Under the pieces are notes generated by a model, which made no database searches, was not told the DNA's origin, and saw nothing but the letters and a program-made list of their open reading frames with translations. Position numbers and translations under genes: made by a program. A stretch of 32,000 bases of DNA from an uncultured Opitutales bacterium. Lineage in GTDB: Bacteria; Verrucomicrobiota; Verrucomicrobiia; Opitutales; Intestinicryptomonadaceae. The stretch spans positions 60,001 to 92,000 of the forward strand of contig CAKUIA010000004.1 in the NCBI GenBank assembly GCA_934660865.1, given 5' to 3'. Below are positions 9,407 to 16,735 of the stretch, piece after piece. Within the stretch, counting starts at the first letter, position 1, and every line of letters begins with the position of its first letter.

Positions 9407-10321
9407 CTATTGGTTTATTGCGGGGTTTGCCTGCAATATCTTCTTGGCCTGCGCGTTTCCGTTTTGCGCCGCCCTTTTTATCCAATACTTAAACTTGTCT
9501 AAATCCATCGAAAGGCCGCCCGCGCCCTCTTTGTAGCAGTTGGCCAAATAGTACATTGATTCGGCATCGCCCTTTTCGGCTGCGGCAGTCCAAATTGCAA
9601 CGGCTTTTTTTGGGTCGGCTTTAACGCCGTCGCCCGTATAGTAGCAGTTGGCCAGCATGCACTGCGCCGAAGTATTGCCGTTTTCGGCGGCTTTCTTCCA
9701 AATTTTTACGGCAACAGAAATGTCTTTTTTAACGCCCTCGCCCCTTGCATAGCAAAAGCCTATGTTAACTTGCGCCCTTTCGTTGCCGCGCTCTGCGGCC
9801 TTAACCCACCATTGATAGGCCAAAACCGGGTCGCGCATAACGCCAAGCCCGTTTGCATAGCAAACGCCTATGTAGAACATTGCGTCGGTATCGCCCAATT
9901 CGGCCGCGCTTTTCCACAATTCGGCGGCCTTGTGCTGGTTGTGGGGCAAAAGCTCGCCGGTATGGTACAAAATGGCCAAAGAGCACTGCGCACCCGCGTG
10001 CCCCATCGAGGCCGCTTTTTGCCACCAATACACCGCCTGTTGCGGGTCGGGATTGCGCCCGTATTTGTCGCCGTCGGCTAGGCGGTTGCCCAATTCGTAT
10101 TGCGCCTGAACGTTGCCCGACGATGCCGCCATTACAAGCTTGCGCAGCTGTTCGGCCTCCTTTTGTTCGGGTGTTTTTTCGGGGGCCTCGTAGTCTATGC
10201 GGGCGTCGAGCGTCAAAATTTCGGTGTCGCCCGTTTTCTTTTCTATTGCGGGGGTTTTTAACGCGGCATACGAAACGCAAAAACACGTTATGAAAGACAA
10301 AGTATATACTATTTTTCGCAT
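9407..10321 (-). CDS. secreted Sel1/TPR-like repeat protein
   Basis: N-terminal hydrophobic signal peptide (MRKIVYTLSFITCFCVSYA). About 6-7 tandem ~36-aa Sel1-type repeats with the pattern A..W..KAAE.G...A...L...Y..G.GV..D. Confidence 0.85.
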   Translation of the reverse strand: MRKIVYTLSFITCFCVSYAALKTPAIEKKTGDTEILTLDARIDYEAPEKTPEQKEAEQLRKLVMAASSGNVQAQYELGNRLADGDKYGRNPDPQQAVYWWQKAASMGHAGAQCSLAILYHTGELLPHNQHKAAELWKSAAELGDTDAMFYIGVCYANGLGVMRDPVLAYQWWVKAAERGNERAQVNIGFCYARGEGVKKDISVAVKIWKKAAENGNTSAQCMLANCYYTGDGVKADPKKAVAIWTAAAEKGDAESMYYLANCYKEGAGGLSMDLDKFKYWIKRAAQNGNAQAKKILQANPAINQ

Positions 10322-10448
10322 AACCCGAAAATTCTTTAGAGAAGCAAAATTTATGCAACATAAAAATAGTGCGCCTTTTCCCGGTCTTTTGCATAAACTT
10401 TTTACAAAATTTATTAAAATTTGCGGCTAATTTTTATTTTCGTTTTAG

Positions 10449-10476
10449 TTGACGAACCCGAAATATGTTATAAAGT
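10449..10476 (+). promoter_or_regulatory. sigma70-like promoter candidate for the NifU-like/GGGtGRT operon
   Basis: TTGACG (10449-10454), a 16-nt spacer, then TAAAGT (10471-10476). The -10 sits inside a 7-bp inverted repeat, ATATGTT-N8-AACATAT (10463-10484). Confidence 0.4.
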
Positions 10477-10521
10477 AAACATATCTTTTTTTTAATTTTA
10501 ACCTAAAACAGATAAAAAACT

Positions 10522-11226
10522 ATGAGTTGTCCATATCAGTGCTCGCACGAAGTTCAACAAATGTGCCATGTGGCCAAAGGTGCCAAACATGCGCCCGCCC
10601 CCATACCCGAAGAAGGTAGGTGGGTAAAATCAACCCAAATAAGCGACATCAGCGGTTTAACGCACGGCGTAGGCGCCTGCGCTCCCCAACAGGGCTGCTG
10701 CAAGCTTACATTAAACGTAAAGAAAGGCGTAATCGAAGAAGCCTTGGTAGAAACCATCGGCTGCTCGGGTATGACCCACTCGGCCGCTATGGCATCTGAA
10801 GTTCTCCCCGGCAAAACGATTCTCGAAGCCCTCAATACCGACTTGGTTTGCGACGCAATCAACGTTGCAATGAGAGAGCTGTTCCTGCAAATCGTTTACG
10901 GCAGAACCCAAACGGCCTTCTCGGAAGACGGTTTGCCCATTGGCGCGGGCCTCGAAGACTTGGGCAAGGGCTTGCGTTCACAGGTAGGCACAATGTTCTC
11001 CTCTAAAATTAAGGGCCCCCGCTATTTGGAAATGGCCGAAGGCTACATTTTGGAAATAGGCCTCGACGCCAACGACGAAATTATCGGTTATAAATTCGTA
11101 CGCTTGGGCAAAATGCTCGAAGCTATCCGCAACGGAACCGATCCTAAAACGGCGTTCGAAAAGAATCTCGGAACTTACGGCAGATTTGACGAAGCCGTAA
11201 AGAAGATTGACCCACGCAAAGAATAA
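10522..11226 (+). CDS. IscU/NifU-N-like Cys-rich protein with an extra C-terminal domain (function unknown)
   Basis: 234 aa. N-terminal CX3CX7C cluster (CPYQCSHEVQQMC). IscU-like core GACAPQQGCCKLTL...IGCSGMTHSAAMASE...GKT..EAL, followed by about 110 aa with no similarity I recognise. Confidence 0.8.
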   Translation: MSCPYQCSHEVQQMCHVAKGAKHAPAPIPEEGRWVKSTQISDISGLTHGVGACAPQQGCCKLTLNVKKGVIEEALVETIGCSGMTHSAAMASEVLPGKTILEALNTDLVCDAINVAMRELFLQIVYGRTQTAFSEDGLPIGAGLEDLGKGLRSQVGTMFSSKIKGPRYLEMAEGYILEIGLDANDEIIGYKFVRLGKMLEAIRNGTDPKTAFEKNLGTYGRFDEAVKKIDPRKE

Positions 11227-11239
11227 GGAGTCGAACAAT

Positions 11240-12247
11240 ATGAGTCAGACATTATTTGAAGGATACGACAGACGCATAGCCAAAATCGAAAAGGTTATGC
11301 AGCAATACGGCATTGCCGATTTCGACGACGCCAAGAAAATCTGCCTCGACAAGGGCGTTAACGTTGAAGCCATTGTAAAGGGCGTACAGAACATAGCGTT
11401 CGAAAACGCCGTTTGGGCATACACATTGGGTGCTGCCATTGCAATCAAGCAAAACGCAGCCAAGGCCGACAAAGCCGCCGAAATGATCGGCGTGGGCCTG
11501 CAGGCATTCTGCATTCCCGGCTCTGTTGCCGACCAAAGAAACGTAGGCTTAGGCCACGGCAATTTGGGCGCAATGCTTTTAAGAGACGAAACAAAATGCT
11601 TCTGCTTCTTGGCCGGCCACGAATCGTTTGCGGCTGCCGAAGGTGCAATAGGCATTGCAAGAACGGCCAACAAGGTAAGAAAAGAACCCCTGCGCGTTAT
11701 ACTTAACGGCTTGGGCAAAGACGCCGCCTACATCATTTCGAGAATAAACGGCTTTACCTTTGTTGAAACCGACTACGACTACTCGACGGGCAAATTAAAC
11801 ATCGTAAAGGAACAGCCCTTCTCCAACGGCGAAAAGGCCAAGGTTAAGGTATACGGCGCCGACGATGTATCCGAAGGCGTTGCCATTATGATACACGAAG
11901 GCGTAGACGTTTCGATTACGGGCAATTCTACGAATCCCACAAGATTCCAACACCCCGTTGCAGGCACATACAAAAAGTGGGCAATCGAAAACGGCAAAAA
12001 GTACTTCTCGGTAGCTTCCGGCGGCGGCACGGGCAGAACTTTGCACCCCGACAACGTAGCTGCGGGCCCCGCTTCGTACGGTATGACCGACACTATGGGC
12101 AGAATGCACGGCGACGCGCAGTTTGCAGGTTCTTCGTCGGTTCCCGCCCACGTTGAAATGATGGGTCTTATCGGCATGGGCAACAACCCCATGGTTGGCG
12201 CTACGGTTGCAGTTGCAGTTGCAGTTGCCGAAGGTCTTAGCAAGTAA
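11240..12247 (+). CDS. GGGtGRT-family protein (PF14057-like, uncharacterised)
   Basis: 335 aa from the ATG at 11240, preceded by AAGGAG (11225-11230). The eponymous GGGTGRT motif is encoded at 12020-12040. The length and motif match what I recall of the family. The track start at 11207 overlaps the upstream gene. Confidence 0.85.
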   Translation: MSQTLFEGYDRRIAKIEKVMQQYGIADFDDAKKICLDKGVNVEAIVKGVQNIAFENAVWAYTLGAAIAIKQNAAKADKAAEMIGVGLQAFCIPGSVADQRNVGLGHGNLGAMLLRDETKCFCFLAGHESFAAAEGAIGIARTANKVRKEPLRVILNGLGKDAAYIISRINGFTFVETDYDYSTGKLNIVKEQPFSNGEKAKVKVYGADDVSEGVAIMIHEGVDVSITGNSTNPTRFQHPVAGTYKKWAIENGKKYFSVASGGGTGRTLHPDNVAAGPASYGMTDTMGRMHGDAQFAGSSSVPAHVEMMGLIGMGNNPMVGATVAVAVAVAEGLSK

Positions 12248-12271
12248 TATAACGGTATTGCTTTATAAAAA

Positions 12272-12306
12272 ATGCCGAAGGGTTTGCTCCTTTCGGCATT
12301 TTTTTG
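12272..12306. terminator. bidirectional intrinsic terminator (GGGtGRT gene / convergent oxidoreductase gene)
   Basis: Stem ATGCCGAAGG/CCTTTCGGCAT (one bulged T) with a 7-nt loop. A6 run upstream and T7 run downstream. Confidence 0.78.
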
Positions 12307-12362
12307 CGCTTTTTTATTGCGCAAACTTTGTCTTTACGCGCGCGTAAAACTTTATGTAAAAA

Positions 12363-13448
12363 TTATTTTTGCCTTGTTTCGTCGGCAAGCTTTTGGGCTT
12401 TTAACGCAAGCTCCATTGCCTTAAAGGCGGCCTTTTGCGTGATTGCGTTTTCGGTTCGGTTAAGAACGTCGCCGACTAAATTGTCGAAAAAGGGATTTTT
12501 TTCTTTCGAGCAATCCATCAATTTCGGAGCTTTGCCGCTTACGCATAAATATAGGCTTTGTTTGGAATTTGGCTTGCACAAATCTATGTTGTTGCGCAGC
12601 TCTATATAGCCTTTGTCGCCCACTATAAAAATTCTGGAATCGCCCCAAGTTCCAAGTTTGTCGGGCGAAAACCAGTCTACCCTAAGCGAGCACGACACCA
12701 GGTTGTCCATAACCAAAACCGCCTCGCCGAAATCCTCTAATTGCGGGTATTCTTTGTGCGAAAAATTTTCTACCCTTGCATATTTAACGGTGCCCGAACT
12801 TGCGCCGGAATATGTAAGGAATATATCGAACTGGTGCGCGCCTATGTCGGCTATAATCCCGCCGAATTTATCTTTTTCGAAAAACCAGTCGGGGCGGCTT
12901 TTTATATTTAGGTTGTGCGGGGCCAAAATGTTTATGCAAACAACTTTGCCTATGGCGCCGCTTTTTACCAAATTTTCGGCAACCGTGCACGACGCGTTTT
13001 CGAATCTTTCGCCGAAATACGGAATATATTTTTTGCCCGTTTTGCGCACAAGCTCTTTTGCGGCGTCTAGCTGCCCAAGCGAAACAACCGCGGGTTTGTC
13101 GGCAAAAAAATCCCTGCCGCTTTCCATAACCCGTTTTGCAATGTCTATTCTCTGCACGGGCACTATTGCGCTTGCCACAAGCTTTACGGAGTTGTCGGCC
13201 AAAATTTCGTCCAAACTTTTTGCCGCCTTTGCGTTGGGAAATTTTTCAAGAAATGCCTTCAGCTTTTTCGGGTCTTTGTCGTAGGCGTATTTGCAAAATG
13301 CCCCCGCCCTTTCAAGCCCAGCGGCTTGCCCGTATATATGCCCGTGGTCCATGCCGAAAACGGCAAAATTAAATTTGGCGTTTTCGGATTCGCCGAAAAG
13401 CGAAAGCGCAAAAAATATAAATATAAACTTTATTGCAAACTTTGTCAT
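12363..13448 (-). CDS. Gfo/Idh/MocA-family oxidoreductase with N-terminal signal peptide
   Basis: Rossmann-like N-terminal domain and a C-terminal alpha/beta domain typical of the family (EKPxx-like FADKPAV motif). Signal-like MTKFAIKFIFIFFALSLFG. ATG at 13448 is preferred over the TTG at 13481. Confidence 0.82.
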   Translation of the reverse strand: MTKFAIKFIFIFFALSLFGESENAKFNFAVFGMDHGHIYGQAAGLERAGAFCKYAYDKDPKKLKAFLEKFPNAKAAKSLDEILADNSVKLVASAIVPVQRIDIAKRVMESGRDFFADKPAVVSLGQLDAAKELVRKTGKKYIPYFGERFENASCTVAENLVKSGAIGKVVCINILAPHNLNIKSRPDWFFEKDKFGGIIADIGAHQFDIFLTYSGASSGTVKYARVENFSHKEYPQLEDFGEAVLVMDNLVSCSLRVDWFSPDKLGTWGDSRIFIVGDKGYIELRNNIDLCKPNSKQSLYLCVSGKAPKLMDCSKEKNPFFDNLVGDVLNRTENAITQKAAFKAMELALKAQKLADETRQK

Positions 13449-13488
13449 ATAACTTCGCGCAAAGCCTAGCAATTTTAACAAAACATTG

Positions 13489-14571
13489 TCAACGCGAATA
13501 GAATGCGCCGCCCAGCAGAACGTTGTTGTCGTACAAAGCCAAAACCTGACCCGCCGCCAACGCCCTTTGCGTTTGCTCGAACTGCACTTTTGCCTTGCCG
13601 TTAGGCAACGGAATGAAATTTATGTTCACCATATCGTCTCTATAGCGCACGCGCCCCTGCAGGCGGCGTTCGCAATCTACGGGCTTGTTTATCCAGTTTA
13701 TTCCCTCTACAAAAACTTCGTCTACAAACAATGGCGAATGTAGATTGTCGTCGAAATCCACATACAGCGTGTTTGTATCGAAGTCTTTGGCTACAACCAC
13801 ATAGCTTTTGTTGTCGCGATTAGAGGGAACGCCTATGCCCTTGCGCTGCCCCAAAGTATACTTAAAAAGCCCCGTGTGCCTGCCAACAATTTTATTGTCG
13901 GCGTTAACAATGTTGCCTTCCGATTCTTTTATGTGGTATTTAAGAAAGTCTTGAATCTTGATTTTGCCCAAAAAGCAAATGCCCTGGCTGTCTTTTTTGT
14001 CGGCATTGGGCAGGCCGTTTAAACGGGCAATTTCGCGCACCTGGCTTTTCAAAATTCCGCCGATGGGCATTTCGGCCCTTTGCACCTGCGCCTGCGTCAT
14101 CATCGATAAAAAGTACGACTGGTCTTTGCCCGGGTCTTCGCCGCAAACGATGTCGCGCGAGTTGTCCGAGTTATCTACAATGCCCGCATAGTGGCCGGTT
14201 GCAACTTTCGAAAATCCGTTCTTTAAAGCGTAGTCCAGGAAAAACCCGAACTTCATTTTGCGGTTGCACATAACGTCGGGGTTCGGCGTTTGGCCGAATT
14301 TGTAGCCGTTTACAAGATATTCCACAATCTGTTTGCGGTACTCTTCTATGCAGTCTACAACCTCGAAATCTATCTTTAAAAAGTCGCAAACCGCCTGCGC
14401 CGATTTTATGTCTTCGTGCCACGGGCAGTCGCCGAAAACGTCTATGCCCTCTTCGTTCATCCACGTTTTCATATAGGCCGCCGATATATCGTAGCCCTCC
14501 TCTTTCAACAAAAGCGCGGCAACTGCGCTGTCTACGCCGCCCGACATTGCAACTAATATTTTTTCGCCCAT
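13489..14571 (-). CDS. mnmA: tRNA 2-thiouridine(34) synthase MnmA
   Basis: PP-loop VAMSGGVDSAV, catalytic Cys context NPDVMCN, and QGICFLG. 360 aa. Confidence 0.94.
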   Translation of the reverse strand: MGEKILVAMSGGVDSAVAALLLKEEGYDISAAYMKTWMNEEGIDVFGDCPWHEDIKSAQAVCDFLKIDFEVVDCIEEYRKQIVEYLVNGYKFGQTPNPDVMCNRKMKFGFFLDYALKNGFSKVATGHYAGIVDNSDNSRDIVCGEDPGKDQSYFLSMMTQAQVQRAEMPIGGILKSQVREIARLNGLPNADKKDSQGICFLGKIKIQDFLKYHIKESEGNIVNADNKIVGRHTGLFKYTLGQRKGIGVPSNRDNKSYVVVAKDFDTNTLYVDFDDNLHSPLFVDEVFVEGINWINKPVDCERRLQGRVRYRDDMVNINFIPLPNGKAKVQFEQTQRALAAGQVLALYDNNVLLGGAFYSR

Positions 14572-14575
14572 AAAA

Positions 14576-15841
14576 CTAATTTCGGCAATTCAAAGTTTTT
14601 AAATATCTGTATGCTGGAATAAGCGAAGCAAACGAAACCAGCGTGCAAAGCATTATCCAAATAAAAAAGTTTTTGTAGCCAAAAAACTCCTGCAAATAGC
14701 CGGCAAAGTTGCCCGGCAGCATATAGCCTACGGCCATAAAGGCCGTAAGCAGCGCGTATTGCGAAGTTTTGTTTTTACCGGTGGCAGCCAGCAATAGAAA
14801 GGCCATATACCCCGCAAAGCCGAAGCCGTAGCCGAACTGCTCTGCCGAAACAAACGCCGTTGCCTGCAACGACGAAACCGCGGGCATTACCGACATTATC
14901 AAATACACTATATTCGGCAAATTTATGGCAAGCGCCATATACCAAAGCGTGCTGCGCAAACCGCATTTTGCAATAAGCATTCCGCCCAAAATAGAGCCCG
15001 CAAAAAGGCATATTGTGCCTATTGTGCCGTACAGCAACCCGACATTTTCCAGCGGCAATTCAAGCCCGCCCGCCGAAATTTCGGCAATCAAAAAGGGCTG
15101 CGAAATTTTCACCAACTGCGCCTCGGCAAACCTGTATAAAAGCACAAATAACAAGATGTTTGCAATATGGGGTTTGGCGAAAAACTCGCCGAAAACCGAA
15201 AATATATTTTTGCCTGCCCGGGCAGAATTTTTGCCGCTTTCAACTTCGGGCAAAAACGCGCGCATTGCTCCCCACATAACAAGGGTTATAAGGCCGCACA
15301 GCGCAAAGGCGCAACCCCAAGCCGCAGGTTTCTCGAAACTAAAGCGGCTTATTAAAAGCCCCGCAAAGCCCACCAAAACGCCCTGGGCAAAAACCGCCGC
15401 AATTTTGTAGAAGGCGCTTCTTAACCCAACATAAAACGCCTGCTTTTGCGTATTTAAGGCCAAAATGTAAAAGCCGTCGGCGCTGATGTCGTAGGTGGCG
15501 CTGGCAAAGGCCAAAAGCCAAAAAAGCAGCGCCGTTATCGCAACAAAAAATTCGCTAAAACACGCCAACGCCAATGCCCCAAAAATTGCAAACATTGCAA
15601 ACGCGCATTTAAGCACCCAGTTGCGCTTTGTAGAACGCATATCTACAACGGGCGCCCACAACGCCTTAACGCACCACGGCAAGTATATCAACGACGTAAT
15701 TAGCGAAGCCAAGCCGAGACCCACGCCCATAGACGAATAAAACAGCATTGCAATTCCCGCGCAAACCGCGTTGGGCAGGCCCTCGATAAAATAGGCGGCC
15801 GCTATCCAAATTATATCCGGAGTATTTTTGTTGTCGGGCAT
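14576..15841 (-). CDS. MFS permease, AmpG/PAT family (muropeptide-type transporter)
   Basis: 421 aa, about 12 TM segments. The loop motif LPWCVKALWAPVVD corresponds to the AmpG-family FKFLWSPLMD motif. Confidence 0.78.
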   Translation of the reverse strand: MPDNKNTPDIIWIAAAYFIEGLPNAVCAGIAMLFYSSMGVGLGLASLITSLIYLPWCVKALWAPVVDMRSTKRNWVLKCAFAMFAIFGALALACFSEFFVAITALLFWLLAFASATYDISADGFYILALNTQKQAFYVGLRSAFYKIAAVFAQGVLVGFAGLLISRFSFEKPAAWGCAFALCGLITLVMWGAMRAFLPEVESGKNSARAGKNIFSVFGEFFAKPHIANILLFVLLYRFAEAQLVKISQPFLIAEISAGGLELPLENVGLLYGTIGTICLFAGSILGGMLIAKCGLRSTLWYMALAINLPNIVYLIMSVMPAVSSLQATAFVSAEQFGYGFGFAGYMAFLLLAATGKNKTSQYALLTAFMAVGYMLPGNFAGYLQEFFGYKNFFIWIMLCTLVSFASLIPAYRYLKTLNCRN

Positions 15842-15855
15842 TGCAAAATAATAAG

Positions 15856-16040
15856 GCTCTGCATTGGCGCCGTCTTGTTAGATTGCTTGGCATCTACCTT
15901 CAACTGCAAGGTGGGTGCTTCAACAGCGGTTTTTGCCTTCCGTTCAAAGACGGCCTGACAGCCGCCGCCGTTGGTCGAGCTCCCGTATAATATTTCATTA
16001 AGGTGGAGAAGCGGTTAAATAGTTTCGGACACCGCAGAGC
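15856..16040 (-). promoter_or_regulatory. candidate structured 5' leader RNA (riboswitch-like, unclassified) upstream of the AmpG-family permease
   Basis: A GC-rich island of roughly 55-60% GC by eye, set in AT-rich intergenic DNA. On the minus-strand RNA: outer complement GCUCUGC/GCAGAGC (16034-16040 with 15856-15862); long-range GCCGUCUU/AAGACGGC plus GGC/GCC; local hairpins GCGGU..ACCGC, CCGU-CUUUGA-ACGG and ACCUU-GCAGUUG-AAGGU. No class assignment is possible by eye. Confidence 0.3.
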
Positions 16041-16351
16041 TGAAATTTATGCTTGCATAACAAACGCTTTTTTCAAGCAAAATCTATGCTTTGTGCAAAA
16101 AGAAATCGCCGAATGCCCTTTTAGTGTGTCGGCAAAAATTTTGCGCAAAACGGCGGCTTTTAAAAAAGCGGGGCAAAAAACGCGATTCCCAAAAAACGGC
16201 TAAAAAAGCAACGTTTCCTTGCAAAGCAATATTATTTTTTTGCGAATCTTTTGCGCCGCAAACTTGGCGCGTAGGCAAACACATTCAAACAAGCGCAAAA
16301 GGCGCCATATTTGCCGCTTTTGCAAAATTTACAACACACAATATGTTGGCA

Positions 16352-16381
16352 CAAAAAAAGCCCCTTTTTAGGGGCTTTTTG
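16352..16381 (-). terminator. intrinsic terminator after rpsJ
   Basis: Minus-strand hairpin GCCCCU-AAAA-AGGGGC followed by U7, 20 nt after the rpsJ stop. Confidence 0.85.
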
Positions 16382-16401
16382 TTATTCCATAAATAGATGT
16401 A

Positions 16402-16707
16402 CTAGACGTTAATTGTAATATCTACACCTGCGGGCAAGTTAAGCTTTTTAAGCTCGTCTACCGTGTTGGAAGTAGGTTCAATAATGTCTATCAATCTTTT
16501 GTGAGTGCGAAGCTCAAACTGCTCCATGCTCTTCTTGTCGACGTGGGCCGAGCGGTTAACCGACCAGCGTTCGATGCGAGTGGGAAGCGGTACGGGACCC
16601 GATACCATCGCGCCCGTACGTTTTGCTGTTTCAACTATGTCGCCGGCGCTCTGGTCTACCGAACGAAAATCATAGCCCTTCAACTTTATTCTAATTCTTT
16701 GTGCCAT
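16402..16707 (-). CDS. rpsJ: 30S ribosomal protein S10
   Basis: 101 aa. [13 protein letters not shown]...[10 protein letters not shown] is the canonical S10 sequence. Confidence 0.97.
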   Translation of the reverse strand: MAQRIRIKLKGYDFRSVDQSAGDIVETAKRTGAMVSGPVPLPTRIERWSVNRSAHVDKKSMEQFELRTHKRLIDIIEPTSNTVDELKKLNLPAGVDITINV

Positions 16708-16735
16708 TTTTTAGCTTTTCTTTATTTTGAAATTA

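Noticed and set aside
12613-13284. A 223-aa plus-strand ORF antisense to the Gfo/Idh/MocA gene.
   Set aside because: It is a Ser/Leu/Phe-rich shadow frame. The opposite-strand protein has clear family similarity.
15856-16040. Assigning the permease leader to the cobalamin riboswitch, TPP riboswitch or SRP (4.5S) RNA classes.
   Set aside because: Only partial, order-preserving resemblances exist: GCC..GAAGGC, GGCUGUCAGG, AGAUGCC, GUCAGGCCG..GGAAGG. The invariant cores are absent: GGGAA..GGUG.AA.UCC and the B12 box; CUGAGA and the TPP pyrophosphate helix; the GNRA-capped SRP helix 8 with AGCA. It is left unclassified.
16134-16207. Phased A-tracts implying intrinsically bent DNA.
   Set aside because: Centre-to-centre spacings are about 12.5, 16, 13, 16 and 11 bp. 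These are not in phase with the 10.5-bp helical repeat, so I make no claim of curvature.
16003-16396. Three overlapping small ORFs (66, 66 and 101 aa) in the rpsJ-permease intergenic region.
   Set aside because: They are extremely basic and low-complexity, a by-product of A/T-tract DNA. They overlap each other on both strands, and one starts at a GTG inside the putative leader structure. They show no RBS and no recognisable fold.
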